A stretch of DNA of 64,000 nt from Balanoglossus misakiensis (Eukaryota > Animalia > Hemichordata): positions 11,408,655 through 11,472,654 of the forward strand of contig CM082590.2 in the NCBI GenBank assembly GCA_040954595.2, in the 5' to 3' direction. The notes under the pieces were generated by a model. The model did no database searches. It was not told where the DNA came from and saw nothing but the letters and a program-made list of their open reading frames with translations. This document shows positions 39,772 to 51,659 of the stretch, piece after piece. The position numbers and the translations under genes are program-made. Numbering within the stretch: position 1 is the first letter of the stretch; each line of letters starts with the position of its first letter.

Positions 39772-41872
39772 CTATTCTGATTGGTCACAATCAGCAGCCA
39801 TAGAAGCACACTTACAACAGAATTCTAATGATACATTACTTTCACTAACATGCAAACATACACCACCACTTGACTTGACTCTTTTTGTCATTGGTTCGTT
39901 GCTTTCTTCCAGTTCTGTTTTGAAGGATGTTGTTAAATTCACATCAGTTGTTGGAATATTTTTCAACAATTTAGACAAGGTACTTTGATGAGCTAAAACA
40001 CTTTTCAAATAACTAGTCTCTTCTTTCAAGCTCTGAATTTCTTTCATCATTTTTTCAGCTTCACTTTTCAATTTTAAATTTTCAGACATCAGTCTTTTAT
40101 TTTCAGATTCTAAACTTTGCACAAATTGTTTTTTCTTTTGTCTATTTTCTCTGGCAAATATTGCATTCCTTTTATTTCTTTCTGATATTCTAGTCATTTC
40201 TTTATCTTTCTGCACTCTATTTATGTTAAAATATTTCCCAGCATTCTCAGTGTTTAAGTCTTTGTTAATTGTTTTGTCCGTTACACTCTTAGATGGAAAG
40301 AAATCTTTGATTGATGTTTCTGTGATTGGTTGATTATTGTGTTTAACATCTGTGATTGGCTGAGCTCTCCTTGACTCTTCTGTGATTGACTGATTTTTGT
40401 GTTCAACATCTGTAACTGGTTGCTCTCTCCATCCAATACCAGTGATGAGCAGATCATCTAATGTTGCCATAGAAACTGTTTCCTTTATCCCTTGAGAGTC
40501 ACAGAGATCCCTGGGTTCCTTGTTGACCTTTGACCTGATCTTATTAAGCTTTGACGCTACACGGTATTCTTGTTCACTGCACCCATTAACAGTTCTTTGG
40601 CATTGTTCTTGTTCTTGATGTGCTTCAAGACCTTGTTCTGTGCTACCAGATGAGTGCCATGTTGTATAAGTTTTAGTTTTGCTTATACTGCATTGTTGCT
40701 GGTCTGTTTGAGTTCCATTATGGCTAAATGTCTCTGTCGTACCCGCAAAGTGCAACATTACGGGTACAGGCCCATCTGTTATATTGTTTCTCTTCTGAAA
40801 TTCATCAACACCTTGTACTGTATCAAAATGTTTATCAAAAGAACTGGAAGATGGTGCTTCATTTTCCATCAATGTGCCCATAAATTTCTGATGCTTTTCT
40901 TCTATAAAAGGATCAATGGTATCTTCAAAACATGGAGCACAGATCTCCATGTCCTCCTGTTCTGTGTTACGTGACCTGCCAGATATACCAACTTCTGTAA
41001 AAGTCAAAGAGAAGACAGAATTCAAATTAACTACACTGAATATTCAGAGCCAGGCATATTTTGTTGACTAAATATAAATCACCAAAATGTCAAAATTGAG
41101 CAATTTTGTCCCTTTAAATCTCATAATCATCATCATTGTAATTAATAATCTTACCAACAGAATCTTGTATTGTTTCATTACGTATTTTTCCCAGATGCTG
41201 ACGGTCTTGTTTTTGCACTGAATAACTGTGATCATGATGAAATGTGTCAGCCAATGCCTTTGCTATGTTGTGTGATGTAATATCACCATTTTGTGAACTT
41301 TTCAATTTGGTAGTCTGTGCACAGTTTGACTTGATGATGTCTCTGGTGTGTTCATAATCTGATTTGACATTAATGGCTTCAGGACTCTTTGACTTGGTAT
41401 CGTAAGTATGTGCAGATACTGCTATGTCACTGGTTTGTGCAGAGCCTGCTGTGATGTCACCGGTTTGTGCAGAGCCTGCTGTGATGTTGCCACTGGTGTC
41501 AACATTGTTGCTCTTTTGATCTTTCATTAAATCTTTGGTTTGGTTTTGGAGTGATTTTGATACTGTCTCCTCTGTGGCGACCTCACATGTAGAATTCAGA
41601 TTTGTTTGTCTGAGGGATATTGACTGAAGATTGCCATCACAATTTGTACTTGGTACTCCATTTTTGTCCATGCATTGTTTGAATCCACCTCTTCTGCAGG
41701 ACTTTCCACAATTGGTACACACATTCAGGAAATCCATATTGTAATATCTGACCACACAACTAATGTGATTTTCATTGGCAAAATTCAAATAATTTCCAGC
41801 ACAGTCATGATGTTCATCACATTTCAGGTTACACTCACAATCCTCTGAAGACTTGTTAGTTGCTGTTGACAT
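39772..41872 (-). CDS. CREBZF: CREBZF/Zhangfei-like bZIP transcription factor, 2 coding exons, ~646 aa
   Basis: Exons 41155-41872 (G|gtaaga) and 39772-40994 (ttttacag|AA). Contains the bZIP NAIFARENRQKKKQFVQSLESENKRL...LKEETSYLKSVLAHQSTLSKLL and the CREBZF-type C-terminal GGVCLHV...VSLEFC..CA motif; DHSY HCF-binding motif in exon 1. Confidence 0.85.
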
Positions 41873-42834
41873 TGTGACATCTGTATTTTGTTCTTCTTCA
41901 GTTATTCAATCACTGTCTTGGCAACTTAAAATGCAATCTCCAGAACAATGGTTCAGTTACCTTTTAATCAGGGTACACATTTGAACTGTCCTCAGGATAA
42001 ATTCAGGCCTGTACCCATAATCATATGAGAGCAGTCACCACTTTTTGTAACTGTTAAAATATAAGAAAATCAAATGGGTTATGAGAATGAGCCATGAAAT
42101 TAAATACACTGTTTTCGTTTACTTTCATGCTGTCTGCATCTGGCACGAACCAAATCCATCTACGTTTGCAAATCAGTCACTTATTAATACAAGTTGGACA
42201 AAAGCATGGCGTTAATGTTGTGAATAACAAAAAATACACCCAAATTTCACCTGAAATGTAGTGTTTCATTCAGGATGGCACCAACAGGAGATATGTCCCC
42301 TTTTTGTTTGAATATTTGACGTCGCGTTTTTGTGATTTTTCATATTCATTCGCGCGAATTTCTCGAGAATAAAACTTTTGATTTTAGTCCCCTGGACACT
42401 GATTACAACATACTGAATTACACCTAGTGACATATACACGTTCAGTTCACGACTTCTCTTTGCAAGACTATGAAATCGACAGTTGTGATTGTGATAATAA
42501 CTACAGCATAGTCCCATCTGATACCATTAACCCGGTTTATAATTCATTGATACGAACGAAATGTACTAGTAACCCAAACAGAACAACCCTACCATCAATG
42601 TACACATAGTATATAAACAAGGGGGTCGATGTCCGTCCGGGGTCGATGTACACTATGCTACCTGCCGTACGGGACGGACCTACGATCTGATGGCAAATGC
42701 ACACTGGATCGACCGCCTTCTCGGCAAAGAAACGACATCTCCCAAATAACAGTGAAGCTGCGATGATCACAACTTACCCGTTCATTTGCCCATTCTGCTT
42801 CTTTCATAAACCCGTATTGCTCGGGTTCCGCCAT
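41824..42834 (-). promoter_or_regulatory. Spliced 5' leader of the bZIP gene with four uORFs
   Basis: caagATGGCGG...CGG|gtaagt (42778) joins aacag|TTA (42050). uORF1 is 28 aa ending at 42021; uORF2 42018-41992; uORF3 41980-41957; uORF4 41880-41824 overlaps the main ATG (41872) out of frame. Confidence 0.6.
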
Positions 42835-43126
42835 CTTGATAGTGATGCATTGTGGGTACGAAAGGAAATTATGAAAAATAATAAGACATTAACCAATAAT
42901 CAATATCATTCAAGGTAATCTAATTATCAGGTCCAAGAAATAAATAAAAGAAAAAAATATTACAATTTTAACAGGATTATCTTGACCCACTGCTAAGTGG
43001 TCGTACTAGCATGCATGAAAGTGTGATTGTCAATCATGCATATGATTGGGCAATATCTCATGAATTATTAATTTTTCATATACGAGATCTTGCTTGCGCA
43101 ATCGTTTGTAGCAGACGACTTCAAAA
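42835..43126. promoter_or_regulatory. Putative bidirectional promoter
   Basis: Lies between the minus-strand first exon (YY1-like AAGATGGCGG start) and a + strand ATG..TT|gtaagt exon (43127-43164); CCAAT-type motifs and a TTGCGCAA (C/EBP-type) palindrome at 43094-43101. Confidence 0.45.
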
Positions 43127-44267
43127 ATGTGGAGAACTACACCGCCAGATGCCCTCCGTAACTTGTAAGTAATTCAGTTTATAATGTTTTAAATTTTTAT
43201 ACAGTTCTAAAAACCGTCTCTGCATAGAATTGTGACCAGTGTGCGCTATACATTAGTCGGTAGCACCTCCAGCCTTTCCGCCAGAACATTTTACAATTTC
43301 TGTCGTCTGTGTCAAAAGTGAAACTTCCGCTTTGTAAACAAAACCGAAACTGCATCTACAAAATAATTTCATTACTCAAGATGAAAACATGTTTATGGTG
43401 TATTGTTCCCGTGTAGTGCTGAGCCCGGTACATTATACACCATGGCCCCACTTGTATTACATTTTCAAAAATTCTGTACGGATGCAGTTTTTAATATTTT
43501 TAAGATAGTCGCTTATAATTCTGTCCACATGCGTCGAGGGCCGTGGCAATTTGCGTATAATCTATTTGGGGAAATGGCACGTGGTCGCCACACGACAGAC
43601 ACGCGTCAGACGTCGTCTGCGTTAAAAATGAAGCTTCCGCTTTGGAATAAAATCGTTCATTTGTATAATATTATTAAGAGAGGTAGAGATTGTTAACTGC
43701 AATTTATCGGGGAAAAAATGGCGACCAGCCAAATTGTGAAGAAACGTGATATTGGTGCATGCAAACCGTTGTATGGCGTTTCAACCAATCAGATTACAGT
43801 ATGACACAATTCGATCTTCTGATTGGTCCAAAGTTTTATTGGCAAGCTAGTGGACTCTGTGGAGTAATTGAAGATGACACCATTTGGGGAAAATAATTGT
43901 GTCCTTATTAATCTGACCAAATAAACATATTTTTTGGTATTTCTGTAGGTTATTGTGATTTTTAGTTATTAGATTGTAAAATAATGAAACACTGTAATAG
44001 CAGTTGTATATTTGGTAGTGCAGGTTTCGCCTTTGTCCGATTTTTAATAATTTCTATTTTGGAAGCCATTTTTTTGATAAAATCCTCTTATATTCCAATT
44101 TTTGTGCCATATCACAGCGATGTTGTCTCAGCTGTTGTGTCCGTTATTCAGAATTTAATTATGAATTAGATTTGATATATTGTTTGTAGGATTCAAGTGA
44201 AAATATTATGGTATTTGTGTTCTCCCACCTCAGAAAACTCAATAAAACTTTTTGTTAATTCAAGAGA
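43127..44267 (+). other. Putative first exons of a + strand transcript entering the repeat array (short-ORF or non-coding host gene)
   Basis: caaaaATGtgg...TT|gtaagt (43127-43164) and tgtttgtag|...AAGAGA|gtaagt (44190-44267); phases are compatible; no recognisable protein. Confidence 0.35.
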
Positions 44268-47180
44268 GTAAGTAAAGAACTAACCATCAGACACAAATTA
44301 TCAAATTTTTATTGAAAAAGAAATATCTTCACAATATTTCTCAAATTAAACAAATTTCAGATTAAAGTAAATGTTTTGCATAATATTTCAAGTGAAAGCA
44401 ATTTGATTTCTTTTCCGACTTCTAGCTGAATTATGCCTAAGGGCTTTAATGTCACTTGGGGATTTTTATTGAATGATATACATCATGTACACATCAAATT
44501 TTCAGCAAGCCAGCCTGGAGATCAGTGGATACCCACATAGCTCATTTTCATCCATTACACTGCGCGTGTGCACTTCACATCATCATTTAGTTAATTTTTT
44601 TTGTGGGTCCAGTGATCTTCAGGAGAATACCCTTTCAGCCTAATTGTAAGCATAATATTAATCAATATACTAACATACATGACAACTAACATAGTAGTAT
44701 AAGTAGTATTTAGGCTGAAAAGGTATTTGGCAGTAGCTGATGGGATGTGGGCAATTTTAAAACTTTTTAAATCAAACTGTAAATAGTGACAAATTTGGTC
44801 AACCATGCAGTTGATAAACTCAATGGAATTTATTTGCATTGCTTGTAATCAAAATTAGATTCAGTTCGTACTTGCTCTCACAAGACCTGATAAAGACACC
44901 ATTTTTGGTCAAAACAAACATTATTCATGCAATTTAGTTATTTTTTGTGGTGCTCTAAGTCTGAAGTAGGTCATTATGTGTACATAAATCTAAGGGAGAA
45001 AAATGTTGGAGCCTATACTAGGAAAAGTATTGTTCCCTTGTACAAGTCTTCAGACTTTGTGATTAATTAAGGTTTACAATTGTTTGGAAAGCATAAATGT
45101 GGACAAATCTATTGTTGAAATGTTCCTCTTTTCTACTGTGCTATGATGAATTCCCTTTATTTCACCCAATGTGGAATACAAGAAGGGATTTTTGAGCACA
45201 GATGTTAAATTTTTGATACCCTTAATGACATATGTCAGCACATCAGAGATATTAGGTCATTGTAGTATTCAAGAACTTAAAATGAAAGAAATGTAAAATG
45301 CTGATTGGTAGCTTGGTGTTGTGGGAGGGGTGCATGGCACACTTGATGTCCAAGGTTGGTTTGTCTGGCAGTGATTAGATTTTCTCTGTGTAATATACGG
45401 AACACAAATGTAGTTGATTTTAGGAAGCAGTAGAGGTAAACTTTCTGTAATTAATGCATGCTTAACAGCTCCTTGTAAGTTATTACAGATTGCAGTTATC
45501 CCTAGATTGGATGCCGATGTCTGTATACCAGAAAAACAAGTGGAAAGTGATATCCCGAGAGGTAAAATGTCGAATCAAGTGATTGGTGATTTTTAGCAAG
45601 ATGAATTCATGAGTTGTTTGCTCCAACGAATTGAATCAGTATCCGCCGTAATATACTGACAACAAGTGTAATTGATTTTTAGCAAGCAGCAGGGTTTGAC
45701 TCTGGAAAAACAATGCATGCTTAACAACTTCTTGAAAGTTTTTACAGATTATTCTGGATTGAATGATGTCTGTATACCCGCGAAGAAGTGGAAAATGACT
45801 TTTGTGTAGCAGTCGAAGGATCAACTATTTGTATACAATGCATGGCAACTGGAAACAGCTCCTTACAAGCTCTCCCAAGATGTGTTGAAGTCTACTAGTA
45901 AAGATGTGGAAAGTGATACTTAACTGGTGAGATGTTGAATGAAAACATTATTGTACATGTCAGAACCCCCAAGAAATGTTTAGCTTTTGATTCAATTTTA
46001 ATTCTGGTCAGAAATCTGTCTTTTCAGATGGTTGTTGTCTGTTGTTTGTCGGTCACTAAATGACAGAAAGTATTGGTCTGGTCTTGACATTTTTTCCTCT
46101 GGTTGTTTATTTATTACTGTTGTGAATTTATTTCATATTTGTGGAGCAATTTTTTGTGATAAAATCCTCTTTCATTCCAATTATTGTGCCATATCACAGC
46201 GATGTTGTCTCAGCTGTTGTGTCCGTTATTCAGAATTTAATTATACAAGTGAAAATGTTATGGTATTTGTGTTCTCCCACCTCAGAAAACTCAAAACTTT
46301 TTGTCAATTCAAGAGAGCAAGTTAAGAACTAACAATTAGACACAAACTGTCAATTTTTTATTGAAAAAGAACTATCTTCACAATATTTCTCAAATTAAAC
46401 AAACTTCTGATTAAAGTAAATATTTTGCATAATATTTCAAGTGAAAGCAAATTGATTTCTTTTCCGACTTCTAGCTGAATTATGCCTAAGGGCTTTTATG
46501 TCACTTGGGGATTTTTATTGAATGATATACATGTACACATCAAATTTTCAGCAAGCCAGCCTGGAGATCAGTGGATACCCACATAGCTCATTTTCATCCA
46601 TTACACTGCGCGTGTGCACTTCACATCATCATTTAGTTAATTTTTTTGTGGGTCCAGTGATCTTCAGGAGAATACCCTTTCAGCCTAATTGTAAGCATAA
46701 TATTAATCAATATACTAACATCCATGACAACTAACATAGTAGTATAAGTAGTATTTAGGCTGAAAAGGTATTTGGCAGTAGCTGATGGGATGTGGGCAAT
46801 TTTAAAACTTTTTAAATCAAACTGTAAATAGTGACAAATTTGGTCAACCATGCAGTTGATAAACTCAATGGAATTTATTTGCATTGCTTGTAATCAAAAT
46901 TAGATTCCGTTCGTACTTGCAATCACAAGACCTGATAAAGACACCATTTTTGGTCAAAACAAACATTATTCATGCAATTTAGTTATTTTTTGTGGTGCTC
47001 TAAGTCTGAAGTAGGTCATTATGTGTACATAAATCTAAGGGAGAAAAATGTTGGAGCCTATACTAGGAAAAGTATTGTTCCCTTGTACAAGTCTTCAGAC
47101 TTTGTGATTAATTAAGGTTTACAATTGTTTGGAAAGCATAAATGTGGACAAATCTATTGTTGAAATGTTCCTCTTTTCTA

Positions 47181-47247
47181 CTGTGCTATGATGAATTCCC
47201 TTTATTTCCACCCAATGTGGAATACAAGAAGGGATTTTTGAGCACAG
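47181..47247 (+). ncRNA. Candidate structured RNA: K-turn-type hairpin (box C/D-like or SECIS-like), one per long repeat unit
   Basis: CTGTGC-T-ATGATGA...TTGA-GCACAG with an internal helix. Other copies at 45136, 51306, 55094, 60260 and 62305. The D box would be TTGA rather than CTGA. Confidence 0.3.
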
Positions 47248-47534
47248 ATGTTAAATTTTTGATACCCTTAATGACATATGTCAGCACATCAGAGATATTA
47301 GGTCATTGTAGTATTCAAAAACTTAAAATGAAAGAAATGTAAAATGCTGATTGGTAGCTTGGTGTTGTGGGAGGGGTGCATGGCACACTTGATGTCCAAG
47401 GTTGGTTTGTCTGGCAGTGATTAGATTTTCTCTGTGTAATATACGGAACACAAATGTAGTTGATTTTAGGAAGCAGTAGAGGTAAACTTTCTGTAATTAA
47501 TGCATGCTTAACAGCTCCTTGTAAGTTATTACAG

Positions 47535-49872
47535 ATTGCAGTTATCCCTAGATTGGATGGCGATGTCTGTATACCAGAAAAACAAGTGGAAAGTGATATC
47601 CCGAGAGGTAAAATGTCGAATCAAGTGATTGGTGATTTTTAGCAAGATGAATTAATGAGTTGTTTGCTCCAACGAATTGAATCAGTATCCGCCGTAATAT
47701 ACTGACAACAAGTGTAATTGATTTTTAGCAAGCAGCAGGGTTTGACTCTGGAAAAACAATGCATGCTTAACAACTTCTTGAAAGTTTTTACAGATTGCTG
47801 TTATTCCTGGACTTGATGTTGATGTCTGTATACCAGAAAATCAAGTGGAAAGTGATATCGCGAGAGGTAAAGTGTCGAATCAAGTGATTGGTGATTTTTA
47901 GCAAGATGAATTCATGAGTTGATTTGCTCCAACGAATTGAATCAGTATCCGCCGTAATATACTGACAACAAGTGTAGTTGATTTTTAGCAAGCAGCACAC
48001 TTTGACTCTGGAAAAACAATGCATGCTTAACAACTTCTTGAAAGTTTTTACAGATTGCTGTTATTCCTGGACTTGATGTCGATGTCGGTATACCAGAAAA
48101 ACAAGTGGAAAGTGATATCCCGAGAGGTAAAATGTCGAATCAAGTGATTGGTGGTTTTAAGCAAGATGAATTCATGAGTTGATTTGCTCCAACGAATTGA
48201 ATCAGTATCCGCCGTAATATACTGACAACAAGTGTAGTTGATTTTTAGCAAGCAGCAGGGTTTGACTCTGGGAAAACAATGCATGCTTAACAACTTCTTG
48301 AAAGTTTTTACAGATTGCTGTTATTCCTGGACTTGATGGCGATGTCTGTATACCAGAAAAAGAAGTGGAAAGTGATATCCCGAGAGGTAAAATGTCGAAT
48401 CAAGTGATTGGTGATTTTTAGCAAGATGAATTCATGAGATGATTTGCTCAAACGAATTGAATCTGTATCCGCGGTAATATACTGACAACATGTGTAGTTG
48501 ATTTTTAGCAAGCAGCAGGGTTTGACTCTGGAAAAACAATGCATGCTTAACAACTTCTTGAAAGTTTTTACAGATTGCAGTTATCCCTAGATTGGATGTC
48601 GATGTCTGTATACCAGAAAAACAAGTGGAAAGTGATATCCCGAGAGGTAAAGTGTCGAATCAAGTGATTGGTGATTTTTAGCAAGATGAATTCATGAGTT
48701 GATTTGCTCCAACGAATTGAATCAGTATCCGCCGTAATATACTGACAACAAGTGTAGTTGATTTTTAGCAAGCAGCAGGGTTTGACTCTGGAAAAACAAT
48801 GCATGCTTAACAACTTCTTGAAAGTTTTTACAGATTGCTGTTATTCCTGGACTTGATGGCGATGTCTGTATACCAGAAAAAGAAGTGGAAAGTGATATCC
48901 CGAGAGGTGAAATGTCGAATCATGTGATTGGTGATTTTTAGCAAGATGAATTCATGAGTTGATTTGCTCCAACGAATTGAATCAGTATCCGCCGTAATAT
49001 ACTGACAACAAGTGTAGTTGATTTTTAGCAAGCAGTAGGGTTTGACTCTGGGAAAACAATGCATGCTTAACAACTTCTTGAAAGTTTTTACAGATTGCTG
49101 TTATTCCTGGACTTGATGTCGATGTCGGTATACCAGAAAAACAAGTGGAAAGTGATATCCCGAGAGGTAAAATGTCGAATCAAGTGATTGTAGATTTTTA
49201 GCAAGATGAATTCATGAGTTGATTTGCTCCAACGAATTGAATCAGAATCCGCGGTAATATACTGACAACATGTGTAGTTGATTTTTAGCAAGCAGCAGGG
49301 TTTGACTCTGGAAAAACAATGCATGCTTAACAACTTCTTGAAAGTTTTTACAGATTGCTGTTATTCCTGGACTTGATGTCGATGTCTGTATACCAGAAAA
49401 ACAAGTGGAAAGTGATATCCCGAGAGGTAAAGTGTCGAATCAAGTGATTGGTGGTTTTAAGCAAGATGAAGTCATGAGTTGATTTGCTCCAACGAATTGA
49501 ATCAGAATCCGCGGTAATATACTGACAACAAGTGTAGTTGATTTTTAGCAAGCAGCAGGGTTTGACTCTGGGAAAACAATGCATGTTTAACAACTTCTTG
49601 AAAGTTTTTACAGATTGCTGTTATTCCTGGACTTGATGTCGATGTCTGTATACCAGAAAAACAAGTGGAAAGTGATAACCCGAGAGGTTAAGTGTCAAAT
49701 CAAGTGATTGTTGATTTTTAGCAAGATGAATTCATGAGTTGATTTTCTCCAACGAATTGAATCAGTATCCGCGGTAATATATTGACAACAAGTCTAGTTG
49801 ATTTTTAGCAAGCAGCAGGGTTTGACTCTGGGAAAACAATGCATGCTTAAAACTCCTTGTAAGTTTTTACAG
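47535..49872. repeat. 260-bp monomer block, 9 copies
   Basis: Monomer starts at 47535, 47794, 48054, 48314, 48574, 48834, 49094, 49354 and 49614. Confidence 0.95.
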
Positions 49873-51659
49873 ATTATTCTGGATTGAATGATGTCTGTAT
49901 ACCCGCGAAGAAGTGGAAAATGACTTTTATGTGGCAGTCGAAGGATCAACTATTTGTATACAATGCATGGCAACTGGAAACAGCTCCTTACAAGCTCTCC
50001 CAAGATGTGTTGAAGTCTACTGGTAAAGATGTGGAAAGTGATACTTAACTGGTGAGATGTTGAATGGAAACATTATTGTACATGTCAGAACCCCCAAGAA
50101 ATGTTTAGCTTTTGATTCAATTTTAATTCTGGTCAGAAATCTGTCTTTTCAGATGGTTGTTGTCTGTTGTTTGTCGGTCACTAAATGACAGAAAGTATTG
50201 GTCTGGTCTTGACATTTTTTCCTCTGGTTGTTTATTTATTACTGTTGTGAATTTATTTCATATTTGTGGAGCAATTTTTTGTGATAAAATCCTCTTTCAT
50301 TCCAATTATTGTGCCATATCACAGCGATGTTGTCTCAGCTGTTGGGTCCGTTATTCAGAATTTAATTATACAAGTGAAAATGTTATGGTATTTGTGTTCT
50401 CCCACCTCAGAAAACTCAAAACTTTTTGTCAATTCAAGAGAGCAAGTTAAGAACTAACAATTAGACACAAACTGTCAATTTTTTATTGAAAAAGAACTAT
50501 CTTCACAATATTTCTCAAATTAAACAAATTTCTGATTAAAGTAAATGTTTTGCATAATATTTCAAGTGAAAGCAAATTGATTTCTTTTCCGACTTCTAGC
50601 TGAATTATGCCTAAGGGCTTTAATGTCACTTGGGGATTTTTATTGAATGATATACATGTACACATCAAATTTTCAGCAAGCCAGCCTGGAGATCAGTGGA
50701 TACCCACATAGCTCATTTTCATCCATTACACTGCGCGTGTGCACTTCACATCATCATTTAGTTAATTTTTTTGTGGGTCCAGTGATCTTCAGGAGAATAC
50801 CCTTTCAGCCTAATTGTAAGCATAATATTAATCAATATACTAACATCCATGACAACTAACATAGTAGTATAAGTAGTATTTAGGCTGAAAAGGTATTTGG
50901 CAGTAGCTGATGGGATGTGGGCAATTTTAAAACTTTTTAAATCAAACTGTAAATAGTGACAAATTTGGTCAACCATGCAGTTGATAAACTCAATGGAATT
51001 TATTTGCATTGCTTGTAATCAAAATTAGATTCAGTTCGTACTTGCTCTCACAAGACCTGATAAAGACACCATTTTTGGTCAAAACAAACATTATTCATGC
51101 AATTTAGTTATTTTTTGTGGTGCTCTAAGTCTGAAGTAGGTCATTATGTGTACATAAATCTAAGGGAGAAAAATGTTGGAGCCTATACTAGGAAAAGTAT
51201 TGTTCCCTTGTACAAGTCTTCAGACTTTGTGATTAATTAAGGTTTACAATTGTTTGGAAAGCATAAATGTGGACAAATCTATTGTTGAAATGTTCCTCTT
51301 TTCTACTGTGCTATGATGAATTCCCTTTATTTCCACCCAATGTGGAATACAAGAAGGGATTTTTGAGCACAGATGTTAAATTTTTGATACCCTTAATGAC
51401 ATATGTCAGCACATCAGAGATATTAGGTCATTGTAGTATTCAAAAACTTAAAATGAAAGAAATGTAAAATGCTGATTGGTAGCTTGGTGTTGTGGGAGGG
51501 GTGCTTGGCACACTTGATGTCCAAGGTTGGTTTGTCTGGCAGTGATTAGATTTTCTCTGTGTAATATACGGAACACAAATGTAGTTGATTTTAGGAAGCA
51601 GTAGAGGTAAACTTTCTGTAATTAATGCATGCTTAACAGCTCCTTGTAAGTTATTACAG

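Noticed and set aside
49249-49259. CCGCGGTAATA, identical to a universal SSU rRNA motif, in some monomers
   Set aside because: Only 11 nt, sense orientation, polymorphic (CCGCCGTAAT in other copies); most likely chance.
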